Translations under genes and position numbers: made by a program
Notes under the pieces: generated by a model
Database searches by the model: none
Told to the model about the DNA's origin: nothing
Seen by the model: the letters and a program-made list of their open reading frames with translations, nothing else
NCBI GenBank assembly: GCA_964106645.2
Contig: OZ067042.1
Direction: 5' to 3' (one strand)
Origin: Podarcis pityusensis
Lineage: Eukaryota
Length of the DNA stretch: 64,000 nucleotides
Shown: in pieces, positions 1 through 12,300 of the stretch
How positions within the stretch are numbered: position 1 is the first letter of the stretch
Layout of the letters: the number at the start of each line of letters is the position of its first letter

Positions 1-737
1 ATACTGAGTGTCAGGATTCCCAGCACTGAAGCATTCATTATCACAGGAACTTCATAAAAAACAAACAAACCCTGTGGGCTGGACAGGCATAAAACTAAAT
101 TTATTTTTCACCAGCCTGCTTCTAATACCAGAATTGCACTGGATTTGTGGGTAGGGAGAATCATGATTTGATGGAATACAGGGAGTTACAGCAGGGGACA
201 AAAATTTAGTTCTGCTTGTCAATGTGTACCTTTTGTTGTAAAAAAATAGAACCTACCATTTTAGATTCACATGACTGCACCATTTGCACGAGTCAGTGTG
301 GCTGCCCCTACCATGTTTTGTTTGGCCTGCACTCTTCCCTTAGTAGTTCCATGCAGAATTGTGTGCTGTATTCTTCATATGACGTATGCTATGCTGTGCT
401 TCTACCAAGCTAACGTGGTAATTAGCAGGGCATGAATAAGGTGGTGAATGAAGCAGGCTGGTGAAAAATCTGCTGGTTTCTATGAGATGGAGGTATAATT
501 TTGTGGCCCCATACTTGTAATTTATTTTTGCTCTGGCATATCCCCCGAGCATTGTTTGTTTATTTGTTCTGAAATTTTTTTGACTGCTTTCATACTTTTT
601 TTTAAAAAAGTCTAAGCAGTTTTCAACATGGTGCTTTAAAGCATGGAGCTGTGCCCTAAAACATAACATGAGAATATGACACACAGATACTAAAAGCAGG
701 ATAAAAATGTAAACACATCAGAGGGGGAGAAAGATAT

Positions 738-804
738 AAGAAGAAAAAGAAAAGAAAAGAAAATCAGGAAAGGCGGGGGGGGGGGGGAGAGAGAGAGAGA
801 GAGA
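738..804. repeat. (AAAAG)n, G-run and (GA)n simple repeats
   Basis: Directly visible. Confidence 0.9.
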
Positions 805-3800
805 CGTTTTTAATAAAGTGCCTAAAGCAGGTAACTGACGGTGTCCTGAGGATCTCAGAATAATCATTTAGCAATGTTCTCCATTGGAGATACCTGAACT
901 GTCAAACGTCACATCATAGTTCTTATAGTTCCTGTAGATCACGGGGTTCTCTGCTTAGCCTAAGTAACAATGGTTATAAGAAAATTCGTTTCCATTTACA
1001 AAAGGAATACTGATATTCTCTGGGTGCTGCATGTACAGCTAACTGGCCTATGACTGCACTCACATGTAATGCTAAGCTATGATGGCTGTTTTTGTGAAAC
1101 ACAACTGCTCACAAATTGCATGCAACCTGAGCACTCCTGCTTTGCGTCTCCCTTCCAGCGGCAGGGAAACAAACCATGGAGCATCTGGTTCAGCTTTATC
1201 TCTGCACCTGCAATCCTGGACTGTTTGACCCATGACTGCAGGTTCAGACACAGCTTTAAGCCAGGCATCTCGTGCACAGTATGGTTTAGCTAACCATCCT
1301 TAATGGTTTAACCTTGTATGTGAATGCAGCCTTTGCTTTGTTGGGTGACACCTCTGCACGTTTTCACCCCTATGAAATATACTCTTGTCGCGTCCTTATT
1401 CTGGACATTCACTATTTTAGTGCTTATTTGTTGTGAACGGGGGTCGGGGTTGGATTTTCAGTTTTCTACACGGATGTCATTTTGTCTCATTATAACTGAA
1501 GGGGTGGTTAACGCGTCTGCTCGCCCAGCAGTTACTCATTTCAGCCATGCATGCCAAAGCTGTGCTTCCCCATGTACTGCTCCCGAACAACCCTGAATTG
1601 TTTCAATAGGACTTGTGTGGGAGTGGAGTCGGGTGGATTGCAGCCTCGGTGGCTCTTCAATAGCCAAAGCATTATTGCATGAGCAGGAAATCAAGAAAGC
1701 CGCATGCATGCAGACGGATGCTTTTTCCAACATATAATCAGGTTAATGAAGTTAAAATGGTCTGTTGTGTAATCCCTCAGTCTAACAGGGTTCATGAAAG
1801 GATACGGCAAATTGAGGCTGAGAGCACTGGTAGCTGTTAGTAGGCAAAGTCAGGAGGTGCAGCTTCACACCCAGCTTGTGTAGGAAAATGGAAGTGGACA
1901 ATTCGGAGAGAGTTGCTCTATAACAAAACTTGTGGCATCTCTGAAACACCTAATACAGTGACTTGATGCTGAGTAAGGTAGAGTAAGTAGAGTGCTATGG
2001 TATTTTGGTCCGTAGGCTTGACTATTTGTGTTGCAATCCAATTCATGCTTTTATTTTTAGAAGAGCACGTTTAGCTGTCATCATTGTGGGAAGATGCTCG
2101 TTAAAGGGACAGAAGGCAAAAGTGGGCCTTGCTAGGATTTAAAATTAAGGTTTGTGAGGGGACCTCTTTCCCCTTGGCTCCTTTTCTCTTCTTATACCAC
2201 CAGGCAAGGGCCATATCCCCTATCATCCTTTACTAGTCCTGGCTCTGTCAAATTAATTTGAACTGTATGGAATTTCCTTCAGAACCAATGGTGCAATATT
2301 AAGCATATTTATAGAGACAAGGCATTTCTGAGCACGGAATTTGGGTCCTGTTGATTTAAGACTTGCTCCTAAGTAGACATGCATGAAGATTGGCTTCTAG
2401 CTTCTAAACAGCACAATCTCCTTTGCCAAAGTGGATATTGTAAGTTAAGTGTAGATCTAACCCAGACTCCATTGCATTGCATTGGTCTATAATGGAAAAT
2501 AGAGAAACCTATTGAGAGAATGAGTAGCTCAATAAGGTCATGGGGCATACTTGTTTTGGGGGGTGGGAAACCTTCATTCATACATTATACAGTATCAAGA
2601 GATTTTGCTGTATACTATATGTATACTTGGTAAACTCAGTAACTATTTTCAAGGACAAATAGTCCTAAATGGGGAGGGGGGAGGAAACATTATTATTACA
2701 CTGACAAAAATAAATCCTTCCATACTTATGTATGAATCAGCCACTGAGGGCAATGTTTGGCATCATGCTGTTCTACTCTTTCAAAGAAGATATCTGAAAA
2801 AAGTACTTATTTTGGAATATTTTTGTTCATCCCAAAGACATTTCTCTGAATGTACATGCAAAGTGCACCCAAATTTCTATACTTCCAGCCACACTGTTTT
2901 GGAATGTCCAGGGACTGATTTTGAGTACTTTTAAGTAGCGCTGAGTCAAAATGGGAGATAAGCACTGAGTTTTATGAACATTTTCTCTCTGTGAGAAATG
3001 TGCTTCCCTTTTCTGGACAATTTTGCACAGCCCTTTGTGAAAGGGTATGAAACTCCTTGGAAGGTGTTAGGTATGTAGAGGTGGGGAGGTATCCCTGTTG
3101 CTGAGGCACAATTGCTGCTCCATTGCTGCAGTTTAGTTACATGTAGTTGATTTCATTAGGGCAGCATAGGGATGCACATCTGAACATAGTTGTACACAAG
3201 GCTTATTGTGACAGCACTCACCGGTACAGAGTACTAGAACCTCTTACTTTGGCCGTCCTTAGCAGCCATTTTGTGATGGTACTCAAGGCACTTTTATCAG
3301 TGCAGAATATGCATACCAGCATCTCTCTTCTTCTTCTTCTTCTTCTTTTTGCATAGGAGTATCCTATTGAAACCAGTGCAGTGGAGATGGTTAGTGTCTG
3401 CATCTGAATCCATATTCCTATGTGCTGTCTGTCCTAGCTCATGTCGTGCAACAAGAAAGGGAGGGACATTTGCTGTGTAATGCTGGCATATGATGAAATT
3501 GCCTAGTGAAGCAAGTTGGGGACCAACAGCCTGGTGGCCTGAGCTTTAGGCATGCATTCTCTCTTTCCTTGTTTTCCTTCAGTGTGAGGGCAGTGGGTAA
3601 GCTTCATTTGCCCTTGCTGAAATCATTGTATGTTCAAATATGGCTGTGCGATGACTTAATTCTGTTCACAGTGTGTGATCCCTAGTTAGCTAGAATTGCA
3701 TCGTGAAGAAGCATACACATACATATATAAAAACAATAGGAACAATGGCAATGAACAGGCATGGAAGAAGGTAGGAGGTTTCTTGCAAACTTTTTGCACC

Positions 3801-4182
3801 CTTCAATACGTAGCGCTTGCTTTTGAAATAAAAAACATTTGTGAAAACCTGGCACAGCACTGTTTTTAGTGTCATGTTTCCCAGATGAGCCCTGAAGCTC
3901 TTTGCAAAATCTAGGCCCAGTCAGAAAAGTCAATTGCTGTTTTGCTATGTTTAGGCAGTATACAATTCAGTGGTTTCACTTTGTCGGGTGTGCTGTCCCC
4001 TCGTTTAGAAAGAGAATTGGCAAGGCTGCTGGCATTTTCTTAAGTACATGCTGTGGAGTGGCAACACAGAACATAGTGATAATGTTACACAAATAAAGTT
4101 ACTTCCTTATTGCTGCTAGCGCCATTAGGGGATATGAAAATCTCTTATGTAGGATTATTTTATGCAAGTTTAGTTAGCAGTA

Positions 4183-4359
4183 CTGTATTTACTTGAGTCT
4201 AATGCCCCATCAAATCTAACGCACAGCTCAGTTTTCAGAACCTTGAAACAACTAAAAAAAGTTGGCAAGTGTAAATGTGCCACCGAATCTAATGCACACC
4301 CTAATTTTCGCAACATAATTTGGCCAAAAAAGGTGAGCATTAGATTTGAGTAAATACGG
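4183..4359. mobile_element. Tc1/mariner-pogo (Tc2-like) MITE
   Basis: TIRs ctgtatttacttgagtctaatgc / gcattagatttgagtaaatacgg flanked by TA on both sides. Confidence 0.75.
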
Positions 4360-6247
4360 TAATTCTTACTGATTTCAGAAGTGCTAATTCATGTTTAAGT
4401 GTACAGTGGATTTGAACCTTGATTGATTTTATTTTAGCCACTTATAACCCATCTCTCAATTCAATAGATTCATAAAGTGGCTTATAAAATCATGGAAGGC
4501 CAAAAAAAATTACATAATCCATAAAAATAGTAACATAAAATGGCAACATAAAACAGTGGCATTGTTGTTGTTTGTTAAAAGCCTGGGTAAATGCATATGT
4601 TTTGGTTTGATATATTTTTAAAAGCCAGTTACCCCCCAAGGTCCTGATCCTGCAAATGTTTTCATGAATTAAACTGCTGAAGTTTCTTCTCTGATGTGTT
4701 AAGGCTTGCACTGCTTATCTGATAGGATATTTTTGTCTGTAGAAATTGAGGATATTTTTGTCTGCATGAAATGAGGCATATGGATACTGATTATCAAAAG
4801 ATCTTTCCAGATTGTTTTAAAATTTATTCATGAGGATCATCATAATGGAAAGGTCCTCCCAGATCCTTTGCTCTATACTTGTTTTGTTGTAATGGATTTG
4901 GGTTTATTTGTTTTGGTTTTGGTTTTACTCCCAGAAGCACCCCTTATTGGTCTGTTTCAGGTTTTGATTCTGATTGAATTTCTCTTTCTTCTGTCCTTTT
5001 TTTCTGTTTTAGCCCTTGATTTCTGGTAAATGAAATACAGATGTTATTGAATCATTTTGAATTCTGTAAGGGCTTGTTCATCTCTCTCTCTCTCTTTTAA
5101 CCTGAGTACTCAAACTACCAGAATTTAAATAGCAAATTCCATGTGTTGTGCCATCAGTTGTGGATGATTCATGCCCATTTAAGTGGCTGGGCTTCCCTGC
5201 AATAAACAGAAGTGGGGCCCAATCCTTTTTCAGTCACCATTTCTGTGCACACTGCAGAGAACCCTAACCATTTAAATGCCCAGGTACCGTTTAGAACTGA
5301 TGGCACGGCTAAAGTAGTTTGGCATTTAAAAAAATGTAGCATGTGTCCACATTTAAAAAGTAAAGTGTGAATGGCTCTGAAGCTGTGTTTCCAAATATAT
5401 ATTTGCAGATGTGTTTTCTATATGGTGCACATGAATGTGTCACTGTTGTGTGCAGTGTGTCCCGAGTTCATTACACACGACTGAATTCTGACAGATAACT
5501 GAGCCGCAGTATACAAGACGAACGTGATTGCAGGTGGCATTGAGATGCCAGCGACCATTGTGTGCAATGTCAGCTGTGCTGGGTTACTCCTGATTTTATG
5601 GATTTAGAGATCTACCTTCTGACTCTTCTCTTCCCACCTCAATGTATTGGAGCTGTGACAACATATGTAGGATGTAGGCCTCTTAAACTCTTTTGCAGGG
5701 CTGATATTTTTAGAATACGCAGACCACACACATGGGATGTTGTCCAGTACCTGGTAATATCTAGGAAGTGCAAATACTTGGGGATAGAGAGAGTTTAATT
5801 ATATGTGCCAGATTTGTGTGATACAAAATACCTGTTTTGCCTGAACTCCTATCCCAGAACCCTGTGGCAAAGGAGAGGCTTGCAGTAGGCGATGCTTTTT
5901 GACAGAACTGGGCTGCTTACTTCTGCATGTATATTGTTCTTCCTGTTTGGCCAAGAAAATAGGGGTGGTGTATATATTGTGGAACTATATGTTGGCTCCT
6001 TTCACTGGATTCTAATCCAAATGAAATCCAGCTTGAAAGCACTTGGATTTCAGCTGCTGCCTAACCAGATGGACTTAATATTTTGGTTATGCGGCAAGAT
6101 GACTTGGTCTTTCTGTTATTCTGACACTTCTGAAGCTTAGCGACTGCTTTAAAACCAGGTGCCTCTGGAGAACTGCTGAGCATTGCTGGCTTGAGAAAGC
6201 TGATTTGGTGGCCAAAAGTTTACCCATAGGAAAGATCACGAATGCAG

Positions 6248-6400
6248 CCAGTGTGGTGTAGTGGTTATAGTGTCAGGCTAGGACCAGGGAGGTTCAGGTT
6301 CAGATTCCCATGCCGCCACAAAGCTTGCTGGGTGATACTAGGTTGAATAATAGTGACTGGCCCAATAGGATTGCCATGAGGGGAAAGGAAGGGCACAGGA
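6248..6400 (+). mobile_element. Degraded tRNA-derived (MIR/CORE-like) SINE
   Basis: Head gccagtgtggtgtagtggtta (A-box) and ggttcagattccc (B-box-like); homologous to 30840-31041. Confidence 0.6.
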
Positions 6401-6789
6401 CACCCTGTACAACTGGATGATATATTTAGCCCCAAGAGGTCCAACATGACCTCCTTTAAGGTTTTATTAGCTACAGAGACCACAGCTTTCCTGCATGTCT
6501 GTAGACTGTCTGATATTCCTATCGGGCTGGTCGTAGGAGGCCAGCTGTGGGAACCGCCCCACACTTATCAGAAAGGGAGCTGTGTATTTCTTAGAAACTG
6601 AACACTGCTGTTGCTAGGTTTCTGGAGGAAGAGTTAGCACTATTTTTGTGGCTTTAGGTTTGTGCCTGCTTTATTGCAATCCTGGCTTCTGCTTCTACAG
6701 ACTTTAATGCCATGAGATCTTTTTGCTGGAAAGGACCTGCAGGTCATCTAGTCCAACAACTGTCCTCTATAACCAAATGTTCCTAATGC

Positions 6790-6898
6790 AGTGGTGCTCC
6801 CCAGATGCTGTGGACTACAACTCCCATCACCTTTGAGCATGCAGCTGATGGGAGTTGTACTCTGAAACCGTTTGAGGGTACCATCTTGGCTACCCCTG
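6790..6898. mobile_element. Short palindromic hAT-like MITE (gactacaactcccatca family)
   Basis: Internal inverted repeat actacaactcccatca / tgatgggagttgta; same family as the copies at 11109, 18681 and 36348. Confidence 0.6.
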
Positions 6899-7676
6899 CC
6901 CGAGCAAAGCACTCTGGTTGAGGACAGCAGGATCCAAGGGGCCTAATGAAAGAAGAGGTGCCTCTTAGCTTTTTTCAATACAGGTAGTTGAAAATACACA
7001 CAAGGCATGGTGAACAAAATTCCTTTGGAGTTATTACTGGTCTGACCCTGGTGATGTGTACATTCTGAGCATGAAAGCAAGCTTCAAGGTAGTCTTGAAG
7101 TTGCCCTTGTAGTTTAGAAATATTACCTAAAGCCTTTTGGAATATGTGGATTTTATGAAAAAGTGTCTTTTCAACTTACCATGTTATGAAAATATTGGAA
7201 ACTGCCCTCAATAAGATACAATAAGATACTTTATTTTATCTATAAAGCTGAGCAATATGTTTGAGTTGTTTTGTTTTTGTTCTGTAACTTTTATTTTATT
7301 ACATGTTATTGTAACTGAATATAGGTTTATATGGATTAGTAACATTGAAAATGAAACACACACACCACAAAAGTGTCTGAAATATTGCTCAGGCCTCTCT
7401 AAGCCTGGGTCATAAATATCCGATACAGACACCTAGCTCTTTACCACCACCACCACGTCCAACCCTGATTTTTTTAGTGTTGATGCTATGTTTTTGTGTC
7501 TTTTGCCCAGAGCTCTACAAATAGCATTGCAGCAAAAGTGCCACAGATCTAACAGACATAGTTTGATAACCACCCTACTCAGAAATGTTCAGTGAAATAT
7601 AAATGCCTGATCTGGATCAAAATGTAGATTACTGATAGTTCTCCTGGTTACTTTCAAATTCCAGACCATACATATT

Positions 7677-7788
7677 GCTGTTGTTTAGGCGTTTCCGACT
7701 CTTCGTGACCCCATGGACCAGAGCAAGCTAGGCACTCCTGTCTTCCACTGCCTCCTGCAGTTTGGTCAAACTCATGCTGGTAGCTCCA
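7677..7788 (-). mobile_element. 5'-truncated BovB/RTE LINE 3' end
   Basis: Reverse complement of tgctctggtccatggggtcacgaagagtcgga...; perfect 14-bp TSD agaccatacatatt at 7663-7676 and 7789-7802. Confidence 0.85.
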
Positions 7789-8426
7789 AGACCATACATA
7801 TTAATCCATCTCTAATCTTGCTTCCTTGTTGGTTTCTCAGTGCTGAAACCTTTGGCATATTCTCTTTCTGCTCCTGTGTTGTAGTGATTCCTAATGGTTA
7901 TGACAAAACATTTTGCTGGTTGGTTGAGTTCTGCAATATTTCAACCTTGGCTCTTTACTACCTTCCAAGCTCTCATGGAGACAAGAAGAAATCATGCTGC
8001 ACATGATATTATTGTAGAAGAGATTAGCTGATTCTTTTGAGATGTAAAACCTGGGGCCAACCTAGAGGTGACTGCAACAGTCCCTTGCATTTAAACGTGG
8101 AACTACCTCCGTCACGTGCAAAGAAGGTAGGAATCTCATGGAATGGAGAAGAATCCTTGCTCCACTCAGAATGTCTCTCCCTGAGCACCTTTTTACGCCA
8201 CTGAACTCTGATCCCAGCAGTAACCTTGGCTGGGTGAAAAGCACTTGGAGCTTGGGGGGGAGGGAAGTTGCAGAGGGGATTTAGAGCCCCCTTGCACACA
8301 TTGCTTTGCTGCTGTAAAAATAATGTTCTCTTTGCCTCCCACCTTTCTGTGACTGAGGTAGCCCTGTGTTTGAATGCACAGACTTGTTGCTATCATTCTG
8401 AGTTTGAGTCTTGGTACCAGGTTTCA

Positions 8427-8545
8427 GCAGTGGGGCAGTGTGACTCCAGTGGAAGGCTAGGGTCTGGAAGACCTGGGCTCAAATCTAAACTCTGCTATGA
8501 AGTTCAGCGGGTGACCTTGGGCTAGTTGCACATTCTACTTGAGCT
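8427..8545 (+). mobile_element. Degraded tRNA-derived SINE fragment
   Basis: gacctgggctcaaatc...gggtgaccttgggctagtt, a CORE/MIR-like signature. Confidence 0.5.
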
Positions 8546-8790
8546 GCTTCACCCTATGGTACTAAATCTCTTTTTTTGCCGGAGCATATTTTTAGGTTTA
8601 TTCTAGTGAGGGTAGACCAGTGAAGAAGCATGTGACTCTGTTAGGATGCAGGTACATTCTGACTGGATTCTAACTATCACTCTGTGACTTGACCTACGCC
8701 TCAAGTTAAAACATAGCTCAAGCTCAAACCTGCCCAATTGCTTCCTCTGCCATTCTGAATTTTAGCTTAATATCATTCCTCCCAGCGTGT

Positions 8791-8926
8791 GAGCCGAAGG
8801 CATATCATGCTGCAATCTTGCTGGTCTTAAGTCAGGTCTTTGCTTAGATGGGAGACCAATCACCTTAGGAACCTAAGTTCCATCATGGAAGAAAGGCGGA
8901 ATAATAAATCGAATAATAAAATAAAT
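8791..8926 (+). mobile_element. Probable 5S-rRNA-derived SINE with L2-type tail (degraded)
   Basis: gcttagatgggagacc resembles 5S rRNA acttggatgggagacc (C-box region); ends gaagaaaggcggaataataaat...(aataa)n. Confidence 0.5.
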
Positions 8927-9279
8927 CTTAAGGAAATATAAATTCATCAGTACAGATATTTAAAATCAATTGACATGTCCAACCGATCCCAAAGGTCTTG
9001 GCACCCAGAAACCAAGCGAAGAAACATTGTTTGAGATGGGCAGTGAAACTGATCAAACTTCAAGTAATTTACAGTACTGTGTCAGTTTTTATTTCAAGTC
9101 ACATTTATTTGTTCTAATTGAAAAAGTGAACATGGGAAAACAGAGGCTGGGTTATTTTCACACATAGGCTTGATTTTAAATGGCCACTTTTGACATGGAA
9201 AAGTCATCACTAGATAGCATCCTGGTAACTTTGTGTAGTGCAGAGGTATTTTATATTTACCCCTTGATAACATGGTCAC

Positions 9280-9360
9280 GTGCTCTGGTCCATGGCGTGC
9301 TCTGGTCCATGGGGTCACGAAGAGTCGGACACGACTAAACGACTAAACAACAACAACAAC
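9280..9360 (+). mobile_element. 5'-truncated BovB/RTE LINE 3' end with (CAA)n tail
   Basis: ggcgtgctctggtccatggggtcacgaagagtcggacacgactaaacgactaaac(aac)n; 11-bp TSD aacatggtcac at 9269-9279 and 9361-9371. Confidence 0.88.
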
Positions 9361-11108
9361 AACATGGTCACTGTTTTATTATACCATTGGAAGTGTTGCA
9401 TAATCATCAGGTGGTGACTCTTATATGTGTAAAAAATGGCCATATGAATTGTTTCCCAAGTATATTTTTATAATTATTATGTTTAGAGTGGCTGTGCCAT
9501 CTTAGTAGTGTATAGTAATAAAAAAAAAGACACAGGCAGTGCCCATGGATGTAACATTTTAAATATAAAACACATGTAGTGACACTCCAGTGAATTTAAA
9601 TATATGTAAAGAGAATATTGTGAGTTACAATCAATTTCCAGGATTGCTTGCTTCTCCTCCAAGAGTTACTTTCTATGCCTCTGTATGGGTTAACTTTGGG
9701 TATACACGAGGCTGTATTTCTAAAGGTCGTTTTTCCATTCCCTGGAACAACATATTTTATTTAAATAAAGAAACTAGGTTAAGCAGATGTATTATTTTAC
9801 ATTGTCTTGGTTGTGCTGAGGACTTGACGTTGCTTAATATTTCAATAACTTACTAGTAGCAAAGGTCTGGGTTAGCAGTCCTGCTCAAAGCATTGCAATT
9901 GCCATTTTGCAAACTGGCCCTCATACTCCAGTGGGTGTATTATAGTCATTGGCCTAGATAGCACATCATATGAAACCATGATTTTCAACTAGCTGTGGTG
10001 TAATTTGAATGAGAAATGTGCTGGTGCATTCTGTTCAGATGTTTCTGCAGGGGTGGTCCCCTCCTCCTCCTGCTGCCATACTGCAGATGAAAGGAGACTG
10101 AGTTTGGCTTGTTGTTCAGACCAGGCTTGTGGATTGTTTTCTTGAAACAAACCATAAGCAGTAAGCCCAGAACAAACATTGGTTATCACTAAGGATTTCT
10201 TTGGAGGAAAGAAACTATGAGCTCAAGTCCAGGCAACATGACAATCCAGCCTTCTAAGGAACACCACAGGAACTTTTGAGCATGTTCAATAGTACGCTAC
10301 TCTTTGTAGCACAATTAAGTTATTTGGACGAGTATACTACTCATGCACATTAAACCCGTTCTTGTTATCAGATTATGGTTTAATGTGACATGTGAACTGG
10401 GCCAATGTGTTGTATGCCTTTTATTCACCAGGTTAGGTCAGGTCTGTACATTTAAATAACCTTCCAGGACGTGTTGTTCCAAAACACGACTTCTCTTGAA
10501 TTCCTATTTCTTTCAACGAGTCTAGTATAGCAGCAGAACTGTGAATTATGTCCCCTTCCCTACGCTTCTTAAGTTCATCAGTATGAATGTGCCAAGAAGG
10601 CTGTTGACTCTATTCTATGTCCTGGATTTTGCAGTTTACAGGGAATGTCAACAGCAACACGGGTTTATATGGGGAGACGGGAGAGAAACAGCCTCATTGT
10701 TCTGTTGCTCATATGTTTCTGCATGCTGCCTTGATGTGAAAAGATCTTTAGCTGCTTTGATGTATGAATTGTTTTAGAAATGTGAAAGTACATTCCTCCT
10801 TTGTAATATCCACTTTGGGGAAAAAGACGGTGGTAGGTTAGGTTACAAAGAAGGGCGGGTAGAATGGGTTTGCTCCCTAGTGTCGTTCTGCAAACTGTTG
10901 TGCAAAGCACTAGGGGAGACCTTGCTGCACAAAGTACCTGCAGCTGCAAAGGCATTATGCAACGGCATGCCTGTACACTGGGTACATGAAGCTCTCCAGT
11001 GCATAGTAAATATTTCTCTGTTGCAAAGCTTGTTTTGCAGCAGGGTTTGGGGGATTTCAAACACCTTACTTGCCAATGTTTCCCAGTGAGGAACTGCAGC
11101 TGTTAGGA

Positions 11109-11247
11109 CAGGGATGGTGAACTTATGGCCCTCCAGGTGGTTGTTGGACTGCAGCTCCTACCAGCCCCAGACAAGCACAAACAGTTACAGAGGATGATGG
11201 GAATTGTAGTCCAGCAACAACTAGAAGCCAGAAGTTCCCCATCTCTG
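11109..11247. mobile_element. Short palindromic hAT-like MITE
   Basis: TIR cagggatggtgaac / gttccccatctctg; internal ttgttggactgcagctcc / gggaattgtagtccagcaa. Confidence 0.7.
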
Positions 11248-12170
11248 TATTGGACTGTGTTTTGGACATGCGTAAAGAGGCTTAAAACTATACGCAGTTC
11301 AAGATACAAAATCCAGTTGGGAAAGAGAGAACGTTACCTTGTGCAAATGGAAGAACACCTCTGGATTTCACTTCATTGTGAAATGTTCTGCCAAGTAGGA
11401 TCCGATCTTGCTTTGAGTGGAAGGGCACCTTTGGATCCACGTGACTCTTTTTGAAGTTAAAAGAAGAAGAAAAGCTCATGCCACAGTCGTACCACTCCTT
11501 ATGCAGAAGGAGATCCGCATCCAGCAATCTACGATGGCTCATGGCCATAATTTTTACAAATATTCTTGGGAAACATTAAAAATTACTTTTCATTAAAATC
11601 ATAATAATATGCCCTGTGACCTTCAGGTTACTCATCTGCTTAGTTTTGGTAACTCTGCAATATTGGGTGTTTCCAGACCATTCACTGGGCCTTTCTCCAA
11701 GATGAAGCATTTTAAGCCTACACCCAACTATTAGGACTATGTCAGGCTGGAGGGGAGTGGCTTACCCAAGAGATCTGTTTGTGACTGTTCAGCTATTACC
11801 TTAAAGACTTGCGCTAATTAACTTTGCACTGCCTGATACTTTGTATAAGGAATAGCAAATGCTGGGCAGCCTATTTTCTGTCAAAAGGAGGATTCCTTAG
11901 TGTGTGTTTGGGGACGGGGAGCAGGGAGGTAATCGATCCATGTCTGTGTGTGCATTTGCCCATGCCAGTGACAGAGCTAGAATTAATGATTGGCAAAGCC
12001 AGGGACACGCCTTCTGGACTGGTTAATCCAGAATAAAGATTGATTTGCTTCAGTTTTTCCCATGGCTACATCAGGTTTGAATTGCCAGTCCTCTGAATTT
12101 CAAATTTTGAATGAAATTATTTCTTTCTGATTTCAGTGTGTGTGGGGGGGGGGAGACAGACAGACAGACA

Positions 12171-12300
12171 TCCACACTGTGTACATTTAAAGCTCATAAC
12201 TTCCCACAAAGAATCTTTAGGTTGTTAAGGGTGCCGGGCATTGTAGCTCAGTGAGTGGTAAACTACAGTTCCCATGATTCTTTAGGGGAAGCCATGGCGT
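12171..12300. repeat. Lizard-type palindromic interspersed repeat
   Basis: Inverted pair cttcccacaaagaatc ... gattctttaggggaag around ttgtagc/actacagttccc. Confidence 0.5.
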
